Positions 55,313 through 63,374 of a stretch of DNA of 64,000 nt are shown here, one piece after another. Under the pieces are notes generated by a model. That model saw only the letters and a program-made list of their open reading frames with translations. It ran no database searches and had not been told where the DNA came from. The DNA is from a virus. Its lineage: Duplodnaviria; Caudoviricetes. The DNA is taken from the IMG/VR virus record IMGVR_UViG_3300031784_000003; one strand, written 5' to 3'. Positions within the stretch are counted from its first letter, which is position 1; each line of letters starts with the position of its first letter. Made by a program: the position numbers and the translations under genes.

Positions 55313-55923
55313 TGGAAATACCTAAAAAAATAAAAGACGATATTTGGGAATATTGTAAAATAAACGATATATCAAACATAGATGAGTTTATCATAAAAAT
55401 GGTTAAACTAGGGTTTACTTCAGAAAAATATGGATCAACACCTTTAGGTACTACACAAACTGTGGAGGTAGAAAAAATTGTAGAAGTACCTGTTGATGTA
55501 ATAAAGGAGGTTATTGTTGAAAAAGAGGTAATTAAAGAAGTCCCAGTAGAAAAAATTATCACAAAAATAGAATATGTTAGTGATAAACAAAGTGAAAATG
55601 AACTGTTCGGAAAAATCGAACAGTTGGAACAAGATATTTTCCAATTAAATGAACAAATGGGTTTAGAAAGTAAAAATTTTTCCACTAAAACCAAAGAAAT
55701 GGAAAAAAATTTCCAAAAAGAGATAGATAAAAAAAATAAAGAAATTAAAAATTTATCCTCATCATTAGAAAAGATAAAAGATGATAGTTTAAAAAAAGAT
55801 ATGGAAATTGACGAATTAAAAAAATCGATTGAGGAGGGGAATAAAAAGATAAATAATAAACCAGATATCTATGGTGAAGATAGTAAAGGTGGTTGGTTCG
55901 GTTCAAATTTATTAAAAAAGTAA
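55312..55923 (+). CDS. Hypothetical protein with VEKIVEVP (alveolin-like) repeats and a coiled coil
   Basis: VEVEKIVEVPVDVIKEVIVEKEVIKEVPVEKIITKIEYV. Confidence 0.7.
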   Translation: MEIPKKIKDDIWEYCKINDISNIDEFIIKMVKLGFTSEKYGSTPLGTTQTVEVEKIVEVPVDVIKEVIVEKEVIKEVPVEKIITKIEYVSDKQSENELFGKIEQLEQDIFQLNEQMGLESKNFSTKTKEMEKNFQKEIDKKNKEIKNLSSSLEKIKDDSLKKDMEIDELKKSIEEGNKKINNKPDIYGEDSKGGWFGSNLLKK

Positions 55924-55924
55924 T

Positions 55925-58294
55925 ATGAGTGTTATAAAAAAAGAAAACAAAATTAAATTACCTGAAAAGGCTCAAATAAGAATTGATTGGAAGGGTTATC
56001 CTGAAGAAAGGACTTTAGAGAGTGTAAATAGAGTTAAAACCTATTTTTCTGAAAAATATGGTGTACCTAAAGGATCAATCAAAATTAACTTTATTCCTAT
56101 ATTAAAAAATAGTGTTGGTAAAGTAATTGATATTACTGATGGTTTAATTGATAATATAATGGATACCGCATACCAAAGAAATTTATTTGTGGAGTGGTTA
56201 AAATTAAATGAAGTAAGTATCGAATATGATAGATTGTGTAGATTAGACGATAAGGTTAATGAGGTTTTGATAAACAATGAAGAAGAAGATGTTAGGTATA
56301 GAAGATGGAGTATTAAAAATATATGGTTAGATAATTTTTTATCTTTTGGTAATAATAATAATATAACATACAAAAATCTTAACGGGTTAACAGTAGTAAA
56401 CTCAATACCTGCAAATCAAGGGGGTAAAACTATTTTTACTATTGATTCACTTTTATTTTTATTTTTTGGAAAAACTACTAAAACAGAAGTCGCTTCAGAA
56501 ATTTTTAATACTTTTTCTAATAAAGATACTGTTACTGTTGGTGGGCAAATAGAAATTGATGGTGATGAGTATATAATAGAAAGAGGTTTAAGTAGAAAAC
56601 TATCTAAAACTGGTGAATATAAAGTGTCTTCATCATTAGATTTTTATAAAATTTTATCTGATGGTTCAAAAGAAAACTTAGAGGGTGAACAAAGAAGGGA
56701 AACCGATAAGTTAATTGCAGAAACTATTGGTAGTTATGATGATTTTATGTTGACTATAGTTGCCACTGCAAAAAATTTAGAGGACTTAATTGAAACCAAA
56801 CCGACACAAAGGGGTAGGTTATTAACTAAATTTATCGGTTTAGAAGTTATAGAGAAAAAAGAAGATATTAATAAGACACTAATGTCAGATTTCAAAAGTA
56901 AGATGAAATCAAATCACTATAACACAAAACAATTAGAAATTGATAATGAAGAATATGGTAGAATTATTAGTGAAAATAGAATAGACATTAAAGAATATGA
57001 AAAAACTTTAGAGTCTACTATTGAAAAAATAAAAGATTCTACAGTTAAAAAAGAAGAAGTGTTGGGTAAGAGATACATTATTGATGAAGAAATTATTAAA
57101 GTCAATCCCATCACACTTAATAAAGAAATAGAAGATTTAAAAAACACAGGTGTATCATTAAATCAAAAATTAGTTGGTATTGAAAATGATATAAAAAAAA
57201 TACCTAAATTTTCTTATGATGAACAGGTTCACGATGAACTTAGAGAAGAAGAGAAAAAAATAATGTTAGATAAAAATAATATAGAAAATGTTATTAAGAA
57301 TTTAGAAAAAACTATATTAGATTTAAAAAATGGTGAGATTTGCCCTACCTGTAAAAGATCTTTAGAAGAAGTTGATCACACATCTGAGATACTTGAAAAT
57401 GAAAAAAATGTTGAAGATAAGAAAAAAGAATTAGAAAATGTTTCAGAAACATTAGACTCTATACTGAAAAAATTAACAGATATTTCAGAAGAGAAAAAAA
57501 ATTCAGACTTATTTGATAGATTGAGTATGTCTAAAGATAAGACAGATATTGAAATTGAAAAAATGAGAGTAGAATATAAAGAAAAAAATAATTTATTAAA
57601 AAATTATGAAAAAAATTCTACTTTTATTGAAGAAAATAGAAAATTAGAAAGTACTATTTTAGGGTATAACCAATTAATTGAAACTTTAGAAGTTGAGAAA
57701 GATAGTATTAAAAATAAGATACAAACATTATCTACCGATATTACATTAAAAGAAAATTCAATTACCGAAAATAAAAAAATTATAGAGATAATTAAAAAGG
57801 AAGAAGATGTTCTTAAAATTTTTGAAGTCTATGGTAAAATGATTGGTAAGAATGGTATATCTAAATTAGTTTTATCTTCTGTAATACCTATCATAAATTA
57901 CGAACTAACTAGATTATTAGATGAAGTGTGTGATTTCGAAGTCCAGTTAGAAATAAATGATAAAAATGAAGTAGATTTTCTTATAATAAAGAATGATGTT
58001 ATTAAAAAACTTAGGACTGGATCTGGTTTAGAGACAACATTAGCGTCATTAGCCTTACGTTCAGTATTAGGTAGAGTCTCAACGTTACCAAAACCAAATG
58101 TGATAGTATTTGATGAGGTGTTAGGTAAGGTAGCAAACATTAATTTGGATCAGGTAAAAATATTTTTTGATAAGATTAAAAAAATGTATGATACTATTTT
58201 ATTGATAAGTCATAACCCATTAGTTCAAGATTGGGCTGACAAAATTATCACTGTAGAGAAAATAGATGACATTTCTACTTTGCAAATTAAATAA
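55925..58294 (+). CDS. sbcC: SbcC/Rad50 (gp46-like) ATPase with N-terminal extension
   Basis: IWLDNFLSFG, NQGGKT Walker A, CPTC zinc hook, GSGLE signature, IVFDEV Walker B, LLISH. Confidence 0.9.
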   Translation: MSVIKKENKIKLPEKAQIRIDWKGYPEERTLESVNRVKTYFSEKYGVPKGSIKINFIPILKNSVGKVIDITDGLIDNIMDTAYQRNLFVEWLKLNEVSIEYDRLCRLDDKVNEVLINNEEEDVRYRRWSIKNIWLDNFLSFGNNNNITYKNLNGLTVVNSIPANQGGKTIFTIDSLLFLFFGKTTKTEVASEIFNTFSNKDTVTVGGQIEIDGDEYIIERGLSRKLSKTGEYKVSSSLDFYKILSDGSKENLEGEQRRETDKLIAETIGSYDDFMLTIVATAKNLEDLIETKPTQRGRLLTKFIGLEVIEKKEDINKTLMSDFKSKMKSNHYNTKQLEIDNEEYGRIISENRIDIKEYEKTLESTIEKIKDSTVKKEEVLGKRYIIDEEIIKVNPITLNKEIEDLKNTGVSLNQKLVGIENDIKKIPKFSYDEQVHDELREEEKKIMLDKNNIENVIKNLEKTILDLKNGEICPTCKRSLEEVDHTSEILENEKNVEDKKKELENVSETLDSILKKLTDISEEKKNSDLFDRLSMSKDKTDIEIEKMRVEYKEKNNLLKNYEKNSTFIEENRKLESTILGYNQLIETLEVEKDSIKNKIQTLSTDITLKENSITENKKIIEIIKKEEDVLKIFEVYGKMIGKNGISKLVLSSVIPIINYELTRLLDEVCDFEVQLEINDKNEVDFLIIKNDVIKKLRTGSGLETTLASLALRSVLGRVSTLPKPNVIVFDEVLGKVANINLDQVKIFFDKIKKMYDTILLISHNPLVQDWADKIITVEKIDDISTLQIK

Positions 58295-58309
58295 TAATTA
58301 GTATTTTTG
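58279..58309 (+). promoter_or_regulatory. Bacteroidota sigma-A promoter TTTG-N19-TATTTTTG
   Basis: Exact spacing; upstream of the UVR-domain/sigma operon. Confidence 0.7.
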
Positions 58310-58353
58310 ACAGTAAATAATTTAATGTATGATTTTTGTTAATATTTATAGGT

Positions 58354-58836
58354 ATGGAAAATAATTTTTTAAAGTCTTACTGTTTAGTTGTGTTAGATGG
58401 TAAAGAAAGTTTGATGGACGTTTTAAGTCATATATCAGAAACTAATGTAAATTTTGTTAGTGGCAAATTTGTCGGTGGTGAGAAATTAGTTATTGCGACA
58501 TTAAAAAGTTCGTTTAACATCTTAGAAATTGAAGAATTACTTAATATGGTTATTAAATCTTATGTGATATTTGAAATGACACCAGGATTTTATGGTGCAA
58601 AATTAGAGAATGAATCATATCAAGAGGCTTTATTTGGTAAAGAAATGAATAAATTACCTTTTATTAAGATACAGGAGGCGTTAAAGAAAATTAATGATGA
58701 AATGATTGACACCTTTACTGATTTTACTAAAAAAGAATACCCATCTAAAAGTTTAGAGGAAGAATTAAAACATGCGTTAGACAATGAAGATTATGAAACT
58801 GCCGCAAAATTACGTGATAAATTAAAAAATAAATAA
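58354..58836 (+). CDS. UVR (UvrB/UvrC motif) domain protein; start revised to 58354
   Basis: C-terminal LEEELKHALDNEDYETAAKLRDKL; TATTTATA at 58343-58350. Confidence 0.75.
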   Translation: MENNFLKSYCLVVLDGKESLMDVLSHISETNVNFVSGKFVGGEKLVIATLKSSFNILEIEELLNMVIKSYVIFEMTPGFYGAKLENESYQEALFGKEMNKLPFIKIQEALKKINDEMIDTFTDFTKKEYPSKSLEEELKHALDNEDYETAAKLRDKLKNK

Positions 58837-58845
58837 AGTTTACAT

Positions 58846-59643
58846 ATGACAAATAAGTATATTGACTTATCAGAAGACTCATTAAATTTGTATTTAAAAG
58901 ACGTTAGAAAAAACGAAATAATTACGATTGATGAAGAAGTAGAATTAGCGAAAAGAATAAAAGATGGTGATGAAGTAGCGTTAAACAAATTAGTTACTGC
59001 CAATCTTAGATTTGTTATTAAAATTGCCAAAGAGTATCAAAATCAAGGGTTACCTGTGGCAGATTTAATATCTGAAGGTAATTACGGTTTAATAACTGCA
59101 GCGAAAAAATTTGATCACACTAAAGGGTTTAGATTTATATCTTATGCAATATGGTGGATTAAACAATCTATTCTACAATCATTAAATGATAATTCTAGGA
59201 CAGTTAGATTACCTGGTAATATAATTAACAAATTATCTAAGATAAAAAAACAAATTGAGTTTTTTGAAAAACAAAATCATAGAGGTCCACAGAATGATGA
59301 GGTAGAACAGATTAGTACACCCACTTGTATATCTTATAATGTGACAATAAATGAGGATGGTGATGAAATGATTAATTTAATTGAAGATAAATTCTTTAAT
59401 AGTCCTGATACATTTCACGATGAAGAAGAATACCTTAAAGCAAGAGAAATGTCTAAGGCAATAAGAGGGTTATCATCTAGAGAAATTGAAATTGTTAATT
59501 GTTATTATGGTATTAATGGAGAACCTATGACATTAGAAATGATTGGGGATGAAGTAGGTTTAACAAAAGAAAGGGTTAGACAAATTAAAGAAGGGGCAAT
59601 AAGGAAAATAAGGAATAATATAGGTGGGGTATTTAATATCTAA
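58846..59643 (+). CDS. rpoD: Phage-encoded sigma-70 factor, Bacteroidota RpoD-like
   Basis: SLNLYLKDV..EEVELAKRI, ANLRFV..AKEYQNQGL, FDHTKGFRFISYAIWWIKQSI and MTLEMIG..LTKERVRQIKE motifs. Confidence 0.92.
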   Translation: MTNKYIDLSEDSLNLYLKDVRKNEIITIDEEVELAKRIKDGDEVALNKLVTANLRFVIKIAKEYQNQGLPVADLISEGNYGLITAAKKFDHTKGFRFISYAIWWIKQSILQSLNDNSRTVRLPGNIINKLSKIKKQIEFFEKQNHRGPQNDEVEQISTPTCISYNVTINEDGDEMINLIEDKFFNSPDTFHDEEEYLKAREMSKAIRGLSSREIEIVNCYYGINGEPMTLEMIGDEVGLTKERVRQIKEGAIRKIRNNIGGVFNI

Positions 59644-59652
59644 CAGTAAATG

Positions 59653-59674
59653 AGGGGGTTCTATACCCCCTTTT
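59653..59674 (+). terminator. Rho-independent terminator after the sigma gene
   Basis: agggggt-tctat-accccct stem-loop plus T run. Confidence 0.8.
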
Positions 59675-59724
59675 CTATTTACTTTAAAATTTAAAATTAT
59701 TATATTTATAAATAAAAATTAGTT

Positions 59725-60054
59725 ATGAAAAAAATTATTGAGTTTGTTAAAAATTATAAGATTTATATCTTATCTACGTTATTGTTCATTTTCTTACTTC
59801 GATCTTGTGTAAAATCTGGTGAGGTTAGAAAATTAGAAAAAGAAAACATCAAAACAGAAAAAGTTATAGATAGTTTAAATTTATTGGTTAACGGTCAAAG
59901 TGATACAATTAAAAATATAACTGAGGTTATTAGAGTTGAAAAATTAAAGGTTCATAGAGATTATGATAATTTTATTTCTAAAAAAGATAGAGGTGAACAA
60001 TTAATGGAACTTCATATGGTTGTTAAAGAAAACATTAAGAAACTTGAAAAATAA
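59725..60054 (+). CDS. Putative lipoprotein / spanin-like protein
   Basis: Hydrophobic N-terminal segment ending LLRSC, then coiled coil; TATTTATAAATA at 59703-59714. Confidence 0.45.
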   Translation: MKKIIEFVKNYKIYILSTLLFIFLLRSCVKSGEVRKLEKENIKTEKVIDSLNLLVNGQSDTIKNITEVIRVEKLKVHRDYDNFISKKDRGEQLMELHMVVKENIKKLEK

Positions 60055-60060
60055 ATTAAT

Positions 60061-61137
60061 ATGATTGGTATTTGGAATTGGATAAAAAATAATCCTAATA
60101 GGGCTATGTTTTTAGTACCTATTTTATTAGTTGCTGGTATATCTATTTCTCACGTAGTTACTTGGTATGATATTGCAAACCCATTAAATTGGGCGATTTA
60201 TTTATCTATTGCAATTGAAGTTGGTGCGATGACTGCGTTAGTTGCTGCAACTAATAAGATTAAAGGGGGTGTTTGGTTTATGTTTGGGTTAGTTACATTA
60301 ATTCAAATGATAGGAAATATATTTTTCTCATTTAAAGAGATAGACAGTAATGGTGATTTATTTAAATCATGGGTTGAATTAACTGGTCCATTATGGGAAA
60401 TGGTTGGTTCTGACCCTACTGACTCTATTTCTATGAAAAGATGGTTATCATTCTTAGAAGGTGGTTTATTACCTATCATTTCATTAACATCATTACATTT
60501 CTTTGTTAAATATGACACTGTAAATGACACTGTAAATGATGATACGAAATCGATTATTGAAACTACTGAAACAATTAATGACAATATCAGAGTTATATTG
60601 GAAGACATTGGTGATGAGGGAATGGGTGAGGGTGTGTCTGAAACTGTAAATGATGAAGTTGTTGATAAACTAACAAAATTACAAGGTGATAATATAAGGG
60701 TAAAGGGAGAAGAGACTGAAGATGTACCTCATACTGACTCAATTGAAAACGGAACATACGAAACAACTAAATTGGTTAATGAATATAATGAAGAATCCAA
60801 AAAAGTTTGGGATAAAGTTCGTGAATTAAGAGAAGAAGGTAAATTACCAACTCAGGAAGAAATTGAGGATGAACCAACGGCATTAGCGTTCACACCATAT
60901 GAAAATGAGGAAGATGATTTTTCTGATTTAGACAATACATTATTAGATGGGATAGAAGAAGAAAATATTATCTCATTGAGTGAAGAAGATACTAATGTTT
61001 TTGTGGAAGAAGTTACTAAAGAACCTGAATCACCGAATGAAGTTTTAGAAAATGCCTTAAAAAAGTATAAAGAATCTAAAGGTATTTTCGAATCACCAAT
61101 TAAAAATAAAAAAACTAATATTAAAAGGATTGATTAA
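60061..61137 (+). CDS. Four-TM membrane protein with long acidic tail (holin-like candidate)
   Basis: Four hydrophobic helices in the first ~150 aa; adjacent to the amidase-fold gene. Confidence 0.5.
   Translation: MIGIWNWIKNNPNRAMFLVPILLVAGISISHVVTWYDIANPLNWAIYLSIAIEVGAMTALVAATNKIKGGVWFMFGLVTLIQMIGNIFFSFKEIDSNGDLFKSWVELTGPLWEMVGSDPTDSISMKRWLSFLEGGLLPIISLTSLHFFVKYDTVNDTVNDDTKSIIETTETINDNIRVILEDIGDEGMGEGVSETVNDEVVDKLTKLQGDNIRVKGEETEDVPHTDSIENGTYETTKLVNEYNEESKKVWDKVRELREEGKLPTQEEIEDEPTALAFTPYENEEDDFSDLDNTLLDGIEEENIISLSEEDTNVFVEEVTKEPESPNEVLENALKKYKESKGIFESPIKNKKTNIKRID
60512..60539 (+). repeat. 12-bp tandem repeat atgacactgtaa (DTVN x2)
   Basis: Two perfect copies plus a partial one. Confidence 0.9.
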
Positions 61138-61745
61138 TGGACATCAACTTAGAAAAGTATAAGTTAGATGATAAAAATTATTATTTAACTGAATTTAATA
61201 AAAGACAGATTGTTATAGGTAATAGTTTTTCAGAAAAAGATTATCACATAAAAGGATGGCAAAATAGAATGGGTGGAGATTATAAAAAAACCTCCACCTT
61301 TACTATTTTTAAAAATGGGGAAATACACCAACACTTTGAACCGTCTATGTATTCTGATTTTTTAGATAATAAGTCTATCGATAAAAAGATAATTTCAATA
61401 TCAATAGAAAATCAAGGTTGGTTACAAAAAGATTTAACCAGTAATGAGTATTTTAATTGGGTTGGTAATATTTATAAAAAGAATAAAGTTGTATTTGAAA
61501 AAAGATGGCGTGGTTATACCTATTGGGATAATTACACTAAAAAACAAATTACTGCTTGTTCAGAATTAGTAAGATATCTTTGTGATAAGTATGATATACC
61601 AAAGAATTGTGTCGGACATAATACATATATTGATGGTATAGAATATTTTGAAGGTGTGACATACAGAAGTAATTATTATAAAGATAGTACAGATTTAAAT
61701 CCTAGTTGGGATTTTAAAAAATTTAAAGAATTAATTGAAAAATAA
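61137..61745 (+). CDS. N-acetylmuramoyl-L-alanine amidase fold, probably catalytically degenerate
   Basis: FTIFKNGEIHQHF, ISISIEN, YTKKQI..LCDKYDIP and TDLNP match Amidase_2 architecture, but the Zn-ligand His positions read GNS and YRS. Confidence 0.7.
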   Translation: MDINLEKYKLDDKNYYLTEFNKRQIVIGNSFSEKDYHIKGWQNRMGGDYKKTSTFTIFKNGEIHQHFEPSMYSDFLDNKSIDKKIISISIENQGWLQKDLTSNEYFNWVGNIYKKNKVVFEKRWRGYTYWDNYTKKQITACSELVRYLCDKYDIPKNCVGHNTYIDGIEYFEGVTYRSNYYKDSTDLNPSWDFKKFKELIEK

Positions 61746-61756
61746 AAAATAGAGAT

Positions 61757-62278
61757 ATGAGTGAACATGATGTAACTAAAAAAATGTTAGATATCATAAG
61801 AGAATCTAAAGAAAATAGAAAAAATGTAATCAATGAAAGTTTAAAAAGAAAAAGATTTTTATTTGAGGCAGACAATAAAGAAGATAGAGATTTAGATACT
61901 AGCGAACTTACTGAAGAAGAAAAAAAATTTAGAGACACTGTTTCACCTAGAGTTAAATTTAATAGATTTAAATTATATCCTAAAGCTCAGAATGTGGAAT
62001 TTAGTGGTAAATTTACTGATAGTAACATTGAGTGGTTTTATTCTTTAGACGATACTAGAGGTGTTTATATTACTGCAGATTTATTACAGTTAAATGATCA
62101 AACATTACAACAAATACAAAAATTAGTTGCGTATTACGAATCTTGGTCAAATGAATGGGCAACTAAAATTGCAGAAGAATATAAAAACGACAATAAAGAC
62201 GAAGAAAACGCTGAGAAGGGTCCTGAAAATTTAGAAAATACTGAAGAGACTGAAGACGAAGAAGGTGGTGCGCTATAA
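61757..62278 (+). CDS. Hypothetical protein, putative head-associated
   Basis: Leader with IIRES..INES..LFEAD; acidic C-terminus. Confidence 0.5.
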   Translation: MSEHDVTKKMLDIIRESKENRKNVINESLKRKRFLFEADNKEDRDLDTSELTEEEKKFRDTVSPRVKFNRFKLYPKAQNVEFSGKFTDSNIEWFYSLDDTRGVYITADLLQLNDQTLQQIQKLVAYYESWSNEWATKIAEEYKNDNKDEENAEKGPENLENTEETEDEEGGAL

Positions 62279-63063
62279 TGAAAAATTTTAAAGATATATT
62301 ATTAATATCATTATCTATTGTTATAATAGTTTTATTGTTATTTGGTTGGGTAAAATATAATCAGATGCAAAAAGATTTGCGTGATGAGATAGATGGGGCA
62401 AATAAAGCCATATTAAGTATGGATAAAACCACAAAAGAATCACAAGGACAATATGCAAAACTAATTAATTATTTTAATACTGAAAAAGATTTAAACCAAC
62501 AGTTAAAAGAACAAAATGAGGGTTTATATAAGTTAATTAAAAAACAAGACGAAAGACTTCTAATGATAAATAATACAATAGTTACATTAGAAGATAAAAT
62601 GATGGAAGGTTTTGGTAGTGTTAATAAAAATGATACAAATAAAATAGATTTAAAATTAACTTACCCTTCTAAAGAAAATAGTTTTATCACTTGGAATGGT
62701 TACGTCAATAAAAAAACTGCCTTTTATAAGGGTGAATTTTCTTTTGGAAAATTACCATTACAAATTGTTTTAACTGAAACCCAAAGAGGAATATGGAAAT
62801 CTAGATTAATCGGTCCTGAATGGTTAATTGTAGATTCTATGGATATAAATAGTCTACCGTTACCTACACCAGAAAAAGTAAGTAATTGGGGATTATTTTT
62901 TGGTGGAGGATACCAAAAAAGTTTTAGTGTTAATATATCTAACGCATTTTCTTTATCGTTGGCTGCACAATATAGAAGACATATGTTAGTCTTTGATGCA
63001 ACAACAAATATGCAATTAGGTTTAAGATATCTATATAAAATAGAAAATTTTAAAAATAAATAA
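62278..63063 (+). CDS. Inner-membrane-anchored spanin-like protein
   Basis: One N-terminal TM helix, coiled coil, and C-terminal amphipathic beta strands (WGLFFGGGYQ..LGLRYLYK). Confidence 0.45.
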   Translation: MKNFKDILLISLSIVIIVLLLFGWVKYNQMQKDLRDEIDGANKAILSMDKTTKESQGQYAKLINYFNTEKDLNQQLKEQNEGLYKLIKKQDERLLMINNTIVTLEDKMMEGFGSVNKNDTNKIDLKLTYPSKENSFITWNGYVNKKTAFYKGEFSFGKLPLQIVLTETQRGIWKSRLIGPEWLIVDSMDINSLPLPTPEKVSNWGLFFGGGYQKSFSVNISNAFSLSLAAQYRRHMLVFDATTNMQLGLRYLYKIENFKNK

Positions 63064-63108
63064 TCATAACTTTTAATTTTTTATAATATTTATATAAAAA
63101 CATTTTAT

Positions 63109-63369
63109 ATGGATAAAAATCGCTTGAGATATATTATTGAAGAATCGTTAACACAGACAGACGAAAATCAAATAGGGGTTTTGATAAGAAAAGAAATTAA
63201 AAAAGCTTTTGGGGATGATCTTGAAAAAAAAGTGATACAAATAATAAAAAAAGAACTAAAAGGTAAAGATCTAAGAAAAGATATTACTGATATTAACAAA
63301 GATGTTTTAGTTCAACTATACAAAGAATTGTGGACTAAAAGACAATTCTGGATAAGCTCAATAAAATAA
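63109..63369 (+). CDS. Small hypothetical protein, putative head-associated
   Basis: IIEES leader; TATTTATA at 63087-63094. Confidence 0.5.
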   Translation: MDKNRLRYIIEESLTQTDENQIGVLIRKEIKKAFGDDLEKKVIQIIKKELKGKDLRKDITDINKDVLVQLYKELWTKRQFWISSIK

Positions 63370-63374
63370 AAGGT

